From: Eledone cirrhosa
Taxonomy: Eukaryota
Direction: 5' to 3'
NCBI GenBank assembly: GCA_964016885.1
Contig: OZ024743.1
Coordinates: 76,570,001-76,634,000 of the forward strand
Length of the DNA: 64,000 bases
The translations under genes and the position numbers were made by a program. Shown piece by piece: positions 25,673 through 39,680 of the stretch (positions within the stretch are counted from its first letter, which is position 1; each line of letters begins with the position of its first letter). The notes under the pieces were generated by a model. That model did no database searches. It had not been told where the DNA came from and was given only the letters and a program-made list of their open reading frames with translations.

Positions 25673-26335
25673 AAGGTGTGTGGCTTAATCGTTAGGATAT
25701 TCGGCTTACTATCATAAGGTCGTGACTTCGATTCCCGGCGGCGCGTTGTGTCCTTAAGCAAGACACTTTATTTCACGCAAAAATGAGTTGTACCTGTAAT
25801 TCGAAGGGGCAGCCATGTCACATTCTGTGTTACGCTGAATCTCCCTGAGAACTACGTTAACTGTACACGTGTCTGTGAAATGCTTAGCCTCTGGCACGTT
25901 AATTTTAAAAGCAGGTTGTTCCATTGATCGGATCAACAGGAATATTCGTTGTCGCAGCCGACGGAGTACCACTACAACTAACTACTACAGTAAAGGGCCA
26001 GCCATGTCACTCTATCACGCTGAATCTCCCTGAGAATTACGTTAAAGGTGCACATGTTTGTGGAATACTCATCCACTTGCACGTTAGTCTCTCCAACAGG
26101 CTGGAACACTGACCCCAACGGTGGTCCAATGGGGCGGTGGATTGTCAGAATCGGTAGAGTGTCGGACACCATGTTTTGCAGCATAGAGTTACGGCCCTTT
26201 ACGGTATGAGTTCAAATCCCGCAGAAGTTAGCTTTTCCTTTCATCCTTACAAGGTCGATAAAATAAAGTACCAGTAATGCACTGGGGTAGATGTCCCCCA
26301 AATTGCTGGCCTTCTGCCTATAGTAGAAATCATTA
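25673..26335 (+). mobile_element. Family-2 SINE with partial duplication (25673-26100), followed by a family-1 SINE (26133-26335)
   Basis: tRNA-like heads and shared bodies. Confidence 0.78.
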
Positions 26336-26612
26336 CCAACACTGTACATATGTAATATTTGTAGCGGAAAGAAAATATTTGGAGCCTATTTCATTTGTTG
26401 GCCTTGAAGAGAAGTTGTAGGAGGGAAGGCAGGAGAAGATAACAGAATTGCTAATTCCATTAAGATGGCAGACGTCAAAGAGGTTGTTGCTCCACACCGG
26501 AAAAGAAGTAACATTTTGTTCTCTCAAAAGTTACAAAAAAAAAAAAATACAATAAAGATACGATAATTGCGGTGATTTTAATTATAGAGTGAAGTTCAAA
26601 GTCCGCTAATAA

Positions 26613-28350
26613 TACCGTGTAACAAAAAAAAAATGTTCTCTGTTCCTGGCTTGTAATCACTTTTTTTGTGTTGCTTAGCTCCCAAATAAATTTTTAAAAA
26701 AAGTGCTATTAAACAGTTAAAAGTTTGGGTTTGTAAAAATTCTAAGCTATTCACTCGAATTATTTGTATACTGGACTTTACGTTGTATGTAAGTTTAATT
26801 TGCTTATGTTAAATGATTTGTTTATATATGTTTCAGGTTAAATTAAAATTATAAAATAAAGAGTAATACCTAAAGAAAATTATAAAAGTGCAATAAAGTA
26901 TAAAATTGTTAAAAAGTGGATTAAAGAGATTTATTGATACTTGATTTTCGCACCCTGAATAAAGGGTAACTTGTGATGAAGCAGTGGAACTTGGTCAAGG
27001 AAGAGCAGGTGACAAGTCAGGGAAGTCGACACAAACCTTTCTCAGGCTTTTACACTCTTAGGGATGGCCTCTGCTTCTGCCATGACGTGTCTGGACTGTT
27101 TGACGTTATTGGGGTGCCGTTTGTGCCCAAGGACTGGCGGCTATTTATAGACTGGCGGCTATTTATAGACAGTCCACAACAAGTGTGAAGGCTGTCCTCC
27201 TCCACAATGGAAACAAGTTCCCGACACTGCCCCTAGCTCATTCAGTCTGCCTGAAGGAAAATTACTACAGTGTGAAAGTCCTCTTGGAAGCTCTGCAATA
27301 CAACCAATACAATTGGGAAATCATTGGAGACTTCAAGATGGTGGCTTTCCTGCTTGGACTCCAAGGAGGCTTTATCAAATTCAAATGCTTCCTCTGTCTT
27401 TGGGACAGCAGAGCCACCTCTGACCACTACAAAAGAAAGAACTGGGAGCAGCGAACAGAATTTGTAGTTGTGACTCGGAACGTCATGTGGGAGCCACTGG
27501 CTGATCCCAGGATTGTGCTCATGCCGCCACTGCACATTAAGTTGGGGTTGATGAAGCAGTTTGTGAAGGCTCTCAACCAAGACTCAGTCGCTTTTAAGTA
27601 CCTTCTTGAGTTCTTCCCCAAGTTATCTGAGGCCAAAATCAAAGGTGGAATTTTTGTTGGACCTCAGATAAAGAAGGTGTTTGAGTCTACCGAGTTCTCC
27701 AATAAGCTCAATAGGATTGAGAGAACAGCATGGAACTGTTTCAAGGCAGTTGTTAAGGGCTTCCTGGGCAACTACAGAGCTGAAAACTACCAGCAACTGG
27801 TGCAGGATCTGATAAAGGCTTTTGGCGCCATGGGATGCAGGATGTCGCTTAAACTCCATATGCTGGACGCTCAGCTGGAAAAATTCAAGGACAATATGGG
27901 CGCCTACTCAGAAGAACAAGGCGAACGATTCAACCAAGATGTGAAAGAGATAGAGCGAAGGTACCAGGGCCACTACAATGAAAAAATTATGGGGGACTAT
28001 ATCTGGGGGCTAGTGCGGGAATGCGACCTGGACTACAACCGCAAATCCAGGAAATCCAGTCATTTCTGACGTGTATAAGTTGCTTTTATAAGTGTTATTT
28101 GTTTTTACTTGTTTGATTTTGATAAGCTTGTGTAATAAAATAAATATATACTCTGTTGATTTAATTATATGAACTGATAAATTTTAAAAAAATGTGTTTT
28201 TTCTTGAAAAATATGAAAATTTCAAAATATCAAACTTCTGACCACAAACCCAAACTTCTGATTAAATAATAGTGTTTTTTTATAATAATAGTATATAAAA
28301 AACCAGGAAATTATACTTAGAACCGGGAACAAAAGATATGTTACACGGTG
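26613..28350 (+). mobile_element. Chapaev3-like (CMC superfamily) DNA transposon, internally deleted
   Basis: TAA|tACCGTGTAACA ... TGTTACACGGTG|TAA: TIRs with a 3-bp TWA TSD. Contains a transposase remnant. Confidence 0.8.
26973..28069 (+). pseudogene. DDE transposase C-terminal part, frameshifted
   Basis: Motifs WRLFIDS, KAVLLHNGN, GDFK, CFLCLWDSR, PPLHIKLGLMKQFVKAL and SEEQGERF. An 18-bp duplication repeats WRLFID, there is a frameshift near 27185, and the N-terminus is missing. Confidence 0.85.
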
Positions 28351-28391
28351 TAATTTATGGTGGAATATTACCTACATAAGTTATTATTGAG

Positions 28392-28577
28392 GGGTGAATT
28401 GGCAGTATCGGTAGAGGGTTGGACGCCATGTTTTCTAGCATAGTTACGTCCCTTTACAGTCTGAGTTCAAATCCCGCCGAGGTTAACTTTGCCTTTCATC
28501 CTTACGAGGTCGATAAAATAAAGTACCAGTAATGTACTGGGTATTTGCTGGCCTTGTGCCTAAAGTAGAAACAATTA
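28392..28577 (+). mobile_element. Family-1 SINE
   Basis: Full head, body and tail match. Confidence 0.85.
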
Positions 28578-28665
28578 CAAATAGTATTACATGTCTTTCT
28601 TAATTTAACTTGTACAAACTGTACCTCTGAAATATTCTCTAAATATTTTGTTTGAACTATTTTAA

Positions 28666-28928
28666 CCCTTTAACATTTACATTACTCTATATATACTATT
28701 GTATTTTCACAGTAAAGCCTTTACCTCACATAATATCTCACATAACATTTACATTACTCTATATATACTATTGTATTTTCACAGTTAAGGCTTTACCTCA
28801 CATAATATCTCACATAATATCCAATCTTTGAGATTTTGATATTATTTATTTTGAGAACAATACCTTAACATCAGTATCAGTAGCCAGTTATGGCTGGTTC
28901 GAAAGAGGGGAGAGAATTCTGGTTTAAA
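28666..28928. mobile_element. piggyBac-like MITE copy with internal duplication
   Basis: TTAA|CCCTTTAACATTTAC. Reverse complement of 23466-23686. Confidence 0.65.
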
Positions 28929-29006
28929 CAAACACAAAATATAGACAATCAAAATTTCAAGAAAATTTGGGAACCAAATCAATTATTGTACCCTAAAACC
29001 CAGCGC

Positions 29007-29772
29007 TGTGTGTGTATGTCTGTCTGTCTGTCTGCGTGTCTGTGTGTATGTGTGTGTGTGTCTGTGTGTGTGTGTGTCTGTCTGTGTGTGTCTGTATATC
29101 TGTCTGTCTGTGTCTGTGTCTGTCTGTGTGTCTGTGTGTGTGTGCGTGTGTGTGTCTGTGTGTCTGTGTGTGTATGTATGTCTGTCTCTCTGTCTGTGTG
29201 TGTGTGTCTGTGTGTGTGTGTGTGTGTGTGTGTCTGTGTGTGTGTGTGTCTGTCTGTGTGTGTGTGTGCCTGTGTGTGTCTGTGTCTGTGTGTGTCAGTC
29301 TGTGTCTGTGTGTGTCTGTAAGTGTCTGTGTGTGTATCTGTCTGTCTCTGTGTGTGTCTGTGTGTGTCTGTGTGTGTGTGTGTGTATGTGTGTGTGTGTA
29401 TGTGTGTGTGTGTGTGTGTGTGTATGTCTGTCTGTTTCTCTGTCTGTGTCTGTCTGTGTCTGTCTGTGTCTGTCTCTGTGTGTGTGTGTCTGTCTCTGTG
29501 TGTGTGTGTGTGTCTGTGTGTATCTGTGTGTGTCTGTCTGTGTGTATGTGTGTGTGTCTGTCTCTGTGTGTGTGTGTCTCTGTGTGACTGTGTATGTCTG
29601 TGTCTGTGTGTGTGTGTGTATGTGTGTGTGTGTGTGTCTGTGTGTGTGTGTGTGTGTCTCTGTGTGACTGTGTATGTCTGTGTCTGTGTGTGTGTGTGTG
29701 TCTCTGTGTGACTGTGTATGTCTGTGTCTGTGTGTGTATGTGTATGTGTGTGTCTGTGTGTGTGTGTGTGTG
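29007..29772. repeat. (TG)n/(TGTC)n degenerate microsatellite
   Basis: Seen directly in the sequence. Confidence 0.95.
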
Positions 29773-29904
29773 AACAGATCTATTTTCCCAGACTCGGCCA
29801 ACACCAGAAACTAAACCTTCAAACTATCAACTCATATTAAAGGGAGGAGTTCTATTAATCCAACAGGAAGATACCTTACCCTCCAATACTCGGAGATCTT
29901 ATAA

Positions 29905-30385
29905 ATAATGGTTCCTGATTCAGGCACAAGGCCAACAATTTGGGTGTGAGGGGGATTGTCAATTAAATCGACGCCAGTGTATTACTGGTACTTTATTTTA
30001 TCGACCCAGTAAGGAAGAAACGTAAAGCTATCTCCGGCGGGATTTGAACTCAGAACGTAAAGGGACGTAGCTAGATGTCACAAGCATTAACTTCGATGCT
30101 CTACCAATTACTGTTAGTCTCCCGCCATTACGAATAAGTAAAACTGGTTTCTACTATAGGCACAAGGCCAGCAATTAGGGGGGGGGGTCGATTATCGACC
30201 CTGTAAGGGTGGAAGGCAAAGCTAACCTGGTGGTGGTGGTGGTGGTGGTGGTAGTGGTGGTGATAGAGGGTATTTGGTGGTGGTGGCTGAAAACGAGGTA
30301 AAACGTGCACAGAACGTAAAGGGACGTAACTATATGCCGCACTATCATGTTGTTCGGTGCTCTACCGATTCTGTTAAGCCGCCGC
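29905..30385 (-). mobile_element. Two family-1 SINEs, the second interrupted by (GGT)n
   Basis: Shared motifs. Confidence 0.75.
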
Positions 30386-30649
30386 CCTTACAGATAACTA
30401 ATAATAAATATATATTAAATCTGAGTTTATTCGAAATTCCTGATAGAAGAGTTGTAGTTGTATTGCCGTTGAACAACTGTAGCTGATCATGTGACTAGGC
30501 TATGTTGGAGGTCGTTATCAACTCTGAAGGTAACCAACGGAGGTAAAGTGCTGGCTCTACAGTAAAACGGCTTTCATAGATATTGCATCACATATATAAT
30601 ACATAGTATGGTCCTGTGGTGAGGTTATGTAAGTGTGTGTGGGTGGGGG

Positions 30650-30820
30650 GTGACATCAGAACGAGTATCCTCCACCTTTAACTAGCTTACCCTTCACTTC
30701 TTGGTCACGGCCGACAAGATGGAGAATACATTACCTTAGATGACGGCAAGAGAGATGAGCTGGAAGAACCACCCCTGCCTCTAAGGACAGGCACCAGCGG
30801 GCAGCCAACTCGCTCTAGAG
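30650..30820 (-). mobile_element. CRE/Hero-like 3' fragment
   Basis: Reverse complement similar to 24240-24402. Confidence 0.5.
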
Positions 30821-31417
30821 TTATTAAGAGCAGCTACTGTCACGGTTGCTGTTGAGGGTAAGTTTTGATACAGAAGAATAAAGGTGTCCCTACATTGACA
30901 GTGCCGTTTTTTAATACATAATTCATCTCACATTTTACAGTAGGGTGTGATTTCAGATAGATTTGGCTGCTATTTCTAAAAGGTCAATGGACTCCATAAC
31001 GACACACTCGTGGACTTGTAATGACATGTTTGAAAGAAACCTTTAGTGACAATCTCCTGACAAAAAAAACACATATTCATAATTTCATTTATTAGCTACA
31101 AGGTCCTAAAAAGTGTATACTAATAAGAATGTATGTATGGAGCCGTAATCCTGGTGAAGCCGCAGAGACGCCGAAGGGACATATAATGTATTTGGGGCAT
31201 TTAAAACCTAGCAGAGTCTAGCCCGTCTCCAGGTTTGAACAAAGACAATTTCTTCCAGGGAAGGAAAAACAGAATGATAGAGAGGAAGCAAGTGATAGAG
31301 AGCAAAGTAGACCCAGTACTCGACAGGAATTTGTTATTGACCTCTAAAGAATGACGAGCATGACTTCAGCAGATTTTGAACTCAGGGTGTAGAGAGTCAG
31401 AACGAATACCGGAGAGC

Positions 31418-32030
31418 ATTCTATCTGACCTTCTAACCACTCTACCATTCTATCTGACTTCTAACAACTCTTACCATTCTATCTGACCTTCTAACCACTC
31501 TACCATTCTATCTGACGTTCTAACAACTCTTACCATTCTATCTGACCTTCTAACCACTCAACCATTCTATCTGACCTTCTAACAACTCTTACCATTCTAT
31601 CTGACCTTCTAACCACTCTACCATTCTATCCGACGTTCTTACAACTCTTACCATTCTATCTGACCTTCTAACCACTCTACCATTCTATCTGACGTTCTAA
31701 TAACTCTTACCAGTCTATCTGACCTTCTAACCACTCTACCATTCTATCCGACGTTCTTACAACTCTTACCATTCTATCTGACCTCCTAACCACTCTACCA
31801 TTCTATCTGACGTTCTAACAACTCTTACCATTCTATCTGACCTTCTAACCACTCTACCATTCTATCTGACCTTCTAACAACTCTTACCATTCTATCTGAC
31901 CTTCTAACCACTCTACCATTCTATCTGACCTTCTAACCACTCTACCATTCTATCTGACCTTCTAACCACTCTACCATTATATCTAACCTTCTAACCACTC
32001 TACCATTCTATCCGACGTTCTTACAACTCT
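31418..32030. repeat. 29/30-bp minisatellite expanded from a SINE head
   Basis: Unit CCATTCTATCTGACSTTCTAAC(C/A)ACTCT(T)A corresponds to the SINE segment CATTCTATCCGACGTTCTAACGACTCT and is contiguous with the minus-strand SINE at 31140-31440. Confidence 0.9.
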
Positions 32031-32147
32031 GTCTTTCTATCTGACATTCTAAAAAATCTATCAATTCGGCTCCTAATAAGAATATATATGACAATGTTTA
32101 ATATGATCCATGATATTTTCGGAACCTTTTGCCAATGCATAGAATTA

Positions 32148-32440
32148 TGTGGCGAATTGGCAGAGACGTTAGAACGTCGGATAGAATGCTGTGGTATTTG
32201 TTCCGGCTTTCTGAGTTCAAATCCCACCGAGATCAACTTTACTTTTCATCCTTTCGAGATCGATAAAAAGGTACCAGTCCAGTACTGAGGTCGATTCTTC
32301 CTCTATATCTCTTTCTCACATCCATTCTCTCACTCTCTCTATTCTTCTCTGGAAGAAATCTGCTATACACATTACTGGAGAGGGTTGGGATCCGCCAGGT
32401 TTTTTTAAAAAATCCCAGAAACGCCGGGAGTTACGGGACC
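32148..32440 (+). mobile_element. Family-1 variant SINE
   Basis: Head GGCGAATTGGCAGAG and B-box GAGTTCAAATCC. Confidence 0.8.
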
Positions 32441-32662
32441 TTACATACAATAGAAAAGTAAAATTCAGTGTATTTTTCTCATTTGTATTGACGATACAGA
32501 TATTATACATATCTTTCATATGTATATAAGACATGTATATATATATCGTGTACTTATTGGTCATATTGATATAGCTGATAAATACCCGTATATAAATATC
32601 TCTGATGTCTATATAGATATACATTTACACACTCACATACATATATACGTATATCAATATAT

Positions 32663-33362
<700 letters not shown>

Positions 33363-33719
33363 TGATGTATATACATATGCTTGTCTTAAATCAGGCTCCA
33401 AGCTGGAAACAAAGAGTTATGCTTCTCTGCTTCGACGGCAAAGTTATATGAGGCGATGTGAAGTTAAAATGGTGTGGGATGGATAATGGTGAAGATTGGG
33501 GGGTTGGAATTGGCGCCACCCTAGTTTAGCTCGTCTGATTAACGTTGGCTTGTCAAGCAAACAACAACTGCATTAAAATGATTCCGTCTGTAATTAAGCA
33601 TGATATTGCGTATTGAATTGTTCGGAAGTCTTAAATGGCTTGGATTACAAACTGGTTCCTTTGTTATTGTAAGTAATTAAATAGTGGTTAACACACTGCA
33701 TGTGGTAGATGGGAGGAGA

Positions 33720-36700
33720 CGTGGTACTGGGATGGGGTACTGTGGTACTGTGGTGAGGGTGTGGTACTGTGGTACTGTGGTGAGGGTGTGGTACTGTGGT
33801 GAGGCTGTGGTACTGTGGTGAGGGTGTGGTACTGTGGTACTGTGGTACTGTGGTGAGGGTGTGGTACTGTGGTACTGTGGTGAGGGCGTGGTTCTGTGGT
33901 ACTGTGGTGAGGTACTGTGGTGAGGGTGTGGTGCTGTGGTGAGGGTGTGGTACTGTGGTGAGGGTGTGGTACTGTGGTACTGTGGTACTGTGGTGAGGGT
34001 GTGGTACTGTGGTACTGAGGTGTGGTACTGTGGTACTGAGGTGTGCTACTGTGGTGAGGGTGTGGTACTGTGGTACTGTGGTGAGGGTGTGGTACTGTGG
34101 TACTGTGGTGTGGTACTGTGGTACTGTGGTGTGGTACTGTGGTACTCTGGTGTGGTATTGTGGTACTGTGGTACTGTGGTGTGGTATTGTGGTACTGTGG
34201 TGTGGTATTGTGGTACTGTGGTGTGGTACTGTGGTACTGTGGTGTAGTACTGTGGTGTAGTATTGTGGTACTGTGGTACTGTGGTGTGGTACTGTGGTAC
34301 TGTGGTGTGGTATTGTGGTACTGTGGTACTGTAGTGTGGTACTGTGGTACTGTGGTGTGGTATTGTGGTACTGTGGTGTAGTACTGTGGTGTAGTATTGT
34401 GGTACTGTGGTACTGTGGTGTGGTACTGTGGTACTCTGGTGTGGTATTGTGGTACTGTGGTACTGTAGTGTGGTACTGTGGTACTGTGGTGTGGTATTGT
34501 GGTACTCTGGTGTGGTATTGTGGTACTGTGGTACTGTGGTGTGGTACTGTGGTGTGGTACTGTGGTACTGTGGTACTCTGGTGTGGTACTGTGGTACTGT
34601 GGTACTGTGGTGTGGTATTGTGGTACTGTGGTGTGGTATTGTGGTACTGTGGTACTGTGGTGTGGTACTGTGGTACTGTGGTGTAGTACTGTGGTGTGGT
34701 ACTGTGGTACTGTGGTGTGGTACTGCGGTGTAGTACTGTGGTGTGGTACTGTGGTGTGGTACTGGGGTGTGGTACTGTGGTGTAGTACTGTGGTGTGGTA
34801 CTGTGGTGTGGTACTGTGGTACTGTGGTGTGGTACTGTGGTACTGTGGTGTGGTATTGTGGTACTGTGGTGTGGTACTGTGGTACTGTGGTGTAGTACTG
34901 TGGTGTGGTACTGTGGTACTGTAGTGTGGTACTGTGGTACTGTGGTGTGGTATTGTGGTACTCTGGTGTGGTATTGTGGTACTGTGGTACTGTGGTGTGG
35001 TACTGTGGTGTGGTACTGTGGTACTGTGGTACTCTGGTGTGGTACTGTGGTACTGTGGTACTGTGGTACTGTGGTGTGGTATTGTGGTACTGTGGTGTGG
35101 TATTGTGGTACTGTGGTACTGTGGTGTGGTACTGTGGTACTGTGGTGTAGTACTGTGGTGTGGTACTGTGGTACTGTGGTGTGGTACTGCGGTGTAGTAC
35201 TGTGGTGTGGTACTGTGGTGTGGTACTGGGGTGTGGTACTGTGGTGTAGTACTGTGGTGTGGTACTGTGGTGTGGTACTGTGGTACTGTGGTGTGGTACT
35301 GTGGTACTGTGGTGTGGTATTGTGGTACTGTGGTGTGGTACTGTGGTACTGTGGTGTAGTACTGTGGTGTGGTACTGTGGTACTGTGGTGTGGTACTGTG
35401 GTGTAGTACTGTGGTGTGGTACTGTGGTACTGTGGTGTGGTACTGCGGTGTAGTACTGTGGTGTGGTACTGTGGTGTGGTACTGGGGTGTGGTACTGTGG
35501 TGTAGTACTGTGGTGTGGTACTGTGGTGTGGTACTGTGGTACTGTGGTGTGGTACTGTGGTACTGTGGTGTGGTATTGTGGTACTGTGGTGTGGTACTGT
35601 GGTACTGTGGTGTAGTACTGTGGTGTGGTACTGTGGTACTGTGGTGTGGTACTGTGGTGTGGTACTGTGGTGTGGTACTGTGGTGTGGTACTATGGTGTA
35701 GTACTGTGGTGTGGTACTCTGGTAATGTGGTGTGGTACTGTGGTGTGGTACTGTGATACTGGGGTGTGGTACTGTGGTGTAGTACTGTGGTGTGGTACTG
35801 TGGTACTGTGGTGTGGTACTGTGGTACTGTGGTGTGGTATTGTGGTACTGTGGTGTGGTACTGTGGTACTGTGGTGTAGTACTGTGGTGTGGTACTGTGG
35901 TACTGTGGTGTGGTACTGTGGTGTAGTACTGTGGTGTGGTACTGTGGTACTGTGGTGTGGTACTGCGGTGTAGTACTGTGGTGTGGTACTGTGGTGTGGT
36001 ACTGGGGTGTGGTACTGTGGTGTAGTACTGTGGTGTGGTACTGTGGTGTGGTACTGTGGTACTGTGGTGTGGTACTGTGGTACTGTGGTGTGGTATTGTG
36101 GTACTGTGGTGTGGTACTGTGGTACTGTGGTGTAGTACTGTGGTGTGGTACTGTGGTACTGTGGTGTGGTACTGTGGTGTGGTACTGTGGTGTGGTACTG
36201 TGGTGTGGTACTATGGTGTAGTACTGTGGTGTGGTACTCTGGTAATGTGGTGTGGTACTGTGGTGTGGTACTGTGATACTGGGGTGTGGTACTGTGGTGT
36301 AGTACTGTGGTGTGGTACTGTGGTACTGTGGTGTGGTACTGTGGTGTGGTACTGTGGTGTGGTACTGGGGTGTGGTACTGTGGTGTGGTACTGTGGGGTG
36401 GTACTGTGGTACTGTGGTGTGGTACTGTGGTACTGTGGTACTGTGGTACTGTAGTGTGGTACTGTGGTGTGGTACTGTGGTGTGGTACTGTGTTGTGATA
36501 CTGTGGTACTGTGGTGTGGTACTGTGTGTGGTACTGTGGTACTGTGGTACTGTGGTACTGTGGTACTGTGGTACTGTGGTACTGTGGTACTGTGGTGTGG
36601 TACTGTGGTACTGAGGTACTGTGGTACTGTGGTACTGTGGTGTGGTACTGTGGTACTGTGGTACTGTAGTGTGGTACTGTGGTGTGGTACTGTGGTACTG

Positions 36701-36975
36701 TAGTGTGGTACTGTGGTGTGGTACTGTGGTACTGTAGTGTGGTACTGTGGTGTGGTACTGTGGTACTGTGGTACTGTGGTACTGTAGTACTGTGGTGTGG
36801 TACTGTGGTACTGTGGTACTGTGGTGTGGTACTGTGGTACTGTGGTACTGTGGTGTGGTACGGTGGTGTGGTACTGTGGTACTGTGGTACTGTGGTGTGG
36901 TACGGTGGTGTGGTACTGTGGTACTGTGGTACTGTGGTGTGGTACTGTGGTACTGTGGTACTGTGGTGAGGGTGT
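33720..36975. repeat. G-rich satellite of 8-bp (GTGGTACT) and 13-bp (GTGGTACTGTGGT) units
   Basis: Seen directly. Higher-order blocks share rare variants. Confidence 0.97.
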
Positions 36976-37019
36976 TTAAGGTTGGCTATTTTTGCTATAA
37001 TCTCTCGCACATATATATA

Positions 37020-37143
37020 TACACACACTCATACACACATACATACAAGCACACACTCATACACACATACATACATACACACACTCATACATACATACAT
37101 ACATACATACATACATACATACATACATACATACATACATACA

Positions 37144-37175
<32 letters not shown>

Positions 37176-37951
37176 GTGGCTGCCAACTCGTTTTCGAGTA
37201 CGGCCACTACTTTATATCCATGTAGGAGAACCCCTACCGATGCGCTGAACGAGTGTGACTTTTTAGTCCAGCCAGCGACTTGAAAACTCTGGTACAAACA
37301 CTACACTTGTGACAATTATTGACACATAGTGCTGGGCCCATGGTACCATGTGATGATAAGTGCAGAGAGATCTCCAGATATAAAGCAATGCCTGTGCCGT
37401 GAAGCTTTTATAGTGAGCAAAGGCACTGCACAAAGCCAGTCCCACTCTCTTAACCAAGATGATATTTGCCAAAAAGAAGAACAAGTCAACATCATTGGAT
37501 ACCATCAGGGTTGCAGGTGTTATATCAGAGTTTTCCTTCTAGAATTCTGCCTTGACAAAGGCTAAGGGGTCATCTCTCCACATACATACATACATACATA
37601 CATACATACATACATACATACATACATACATACATACACACTCATACACACATTCATACATACACACACTCATTTATATACACACACTCACCCTCATACA
37701 CACATTCATACATACACACACACGAAAATGAATGATCCCTTTGATATTTTCATTAAATATATATCGGGAAGAGGCCTTAGTATAATGGTTAGGATGTTAG
37801 ACTGACCATCGCTGGGTCGGTAGTTCGTTGTGTCCTTGAGCAAGACACTCCATTTCACCACAGTTCACGCAGCTGACAAAACACCTGCTAAATATATCGG
37901 TTGGCTTTACTTTCAACTTAGACAATATTGGTAGCAAAGGGAAGGCCCATT

Positions 37952-38020
<69 letters not shown>

Positions 38021-38330
38021 GAGAGAGAGACAGTATGTGTGCGTGTGAATGTGTGCATGTATGTAAATGTGTGTGTATGTGGGAGTATGTGTATGTGCGC
38101 GTGCGTGAGTCTGTGTACCTGTGTGTGTGTGTGAGTGACCGTGTATATGTAGGTGTAAGTATGGGTGTGAGTGTGTATGTGTATGTGTGAGTATGTGTGT
38201 GTGTGAGTGTGTGAGTGTGTGCCTGTATGTGTATGTGTGAATATTTGTGTGGGGGGAGGGGGTATGAGTGTGCATGAGTGAATGTGTGCGTGTGTGTCTG
38301 TGGGTATGTGTATGTGCGAGTATAGGTATG
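37020..38330. repeat. (CATA)n, (GA)n and TG-rich microsatellites with intervening unique or SINE DNA
   Basis: Seen directly in the sequence. Confidence 0.8.
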
Positions 38331-39680
38331 AAGACGAGAGGGAGGTATGCATGAGTGACTGCTGGTCTTTCCAGGTGCAAGCCCATGGTGAGTTATAACC
38401 GAAAGGGAGTTTCTAAATCTATACACTTGTTGTAGGGGCAATAATGTCTGTGAGGTTTAGAAGTTCACTTCTAAAACATGTGGTCCCGGGTCCGGTCCCA
38501 CTGCTTAGCTCACATGGAATGGGTTAGGATCTTTAGCTATAGTCCCGGGTTGACCACAGCCTTGTGAGTAAAATGTTGTAGATGGGTCACTCTGTGGAAA
38601 CCTGTCATGTTTGTCCACATCTAAACTTTCAAAAGGTGACATATTATCAGAGTCTTTACAATATCAGATAGAATACTTTGTGGTATTGGTTTCCACTCTC
38701 TCAATTCTCTGAGTTCACATTCCGTCGTCGAAGTCAACTTTATCTTTCATCCATTTAAGGTCGATAACAAAAGTACCAGTCTAGTACTGGGGTCGATTCT
38801 TCCTCTATATCTCTTTTTCACTTCTCTGGAAGAAATCTCGGTCCATTCAGCATTCTTATTTTTTGGATTCAACGTCCTCAAAGCATAATAAATGCATTCA
38901 CTGTACATTTGATAAACTTTGGGGTTGGAAGTATTTTGTCAGAAAATCATATGTAGCGTTTGGCTAGATGACAGTCTGGTTTCCAGTGTGTAGCAGTGTC
39001 ATTCATGGCGACGAATTGGGAGAGTCGTTAAAACGTCGGATAGAATGTTTTGTATAATTCGCTTCGACTCTCTGCTCTCTGAGTTCAAATCTGCCTTTTA
39101 TCCAATAAACATGTACTGGGGTCCATTCTCCCTCTATATCTCTTTCTCTCTTCTCTGGTTGAAATCTGCTGTATTCAAACATTATCTATATATTAATTTG
39201 AACAACGTCAGTATTCCGTGTGTCATAATTCTCGATTATCATTGGTTCATAGATTTCAAACGACTCCGCCCACCTCAACGACGCCAAACTGAAATGAATA
39301 TGCATAATGCCAATGAGGGAGTGAGAGGGGAGAGTGTGAACGCTATATATGTCAGTGTAGAGACATGTGTGTGTGTGATGTGTGTGGAAATAAGAGGTGA
39401 AGGAAAGCAATAACTATTAACATGCGTGCGTGCGTGTGTATGTACGTACGCGTATGTTTATGTGTGTGCGCGTGCGTGCAGCGTTCCACAGAAAGTAAAA
39501 ACTATGAACATGTGTGAGTGAGTGCGTGTGTAAGTTTGCGTGCGTGTGCGCGATTCTATGCTTGTATGTGTGTGGCGTTCCACAATCGCCACGCTGTTTA
39601 TCTGTCTGTGTGCCTGTCTGTCAGTCTAACATACACAGTGTTGTGAAGGGAGTAAATAGGGACATCTTTTATATTAATTA

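Noticed and set aside
33720-36975. Telomeric repeat or His/Thr-rich protein
   Set aside because: The unit is not TTAGGG-like, the array is interstitial and heterogeneous, and the ORFs are repeat artefacts.
37180-37570. Coding-looking unique segment between (CATA)n tracts
   Set aside because: Short ORFs only and no recognisable motif. Possibly an old transposon fragment, but unsupported.
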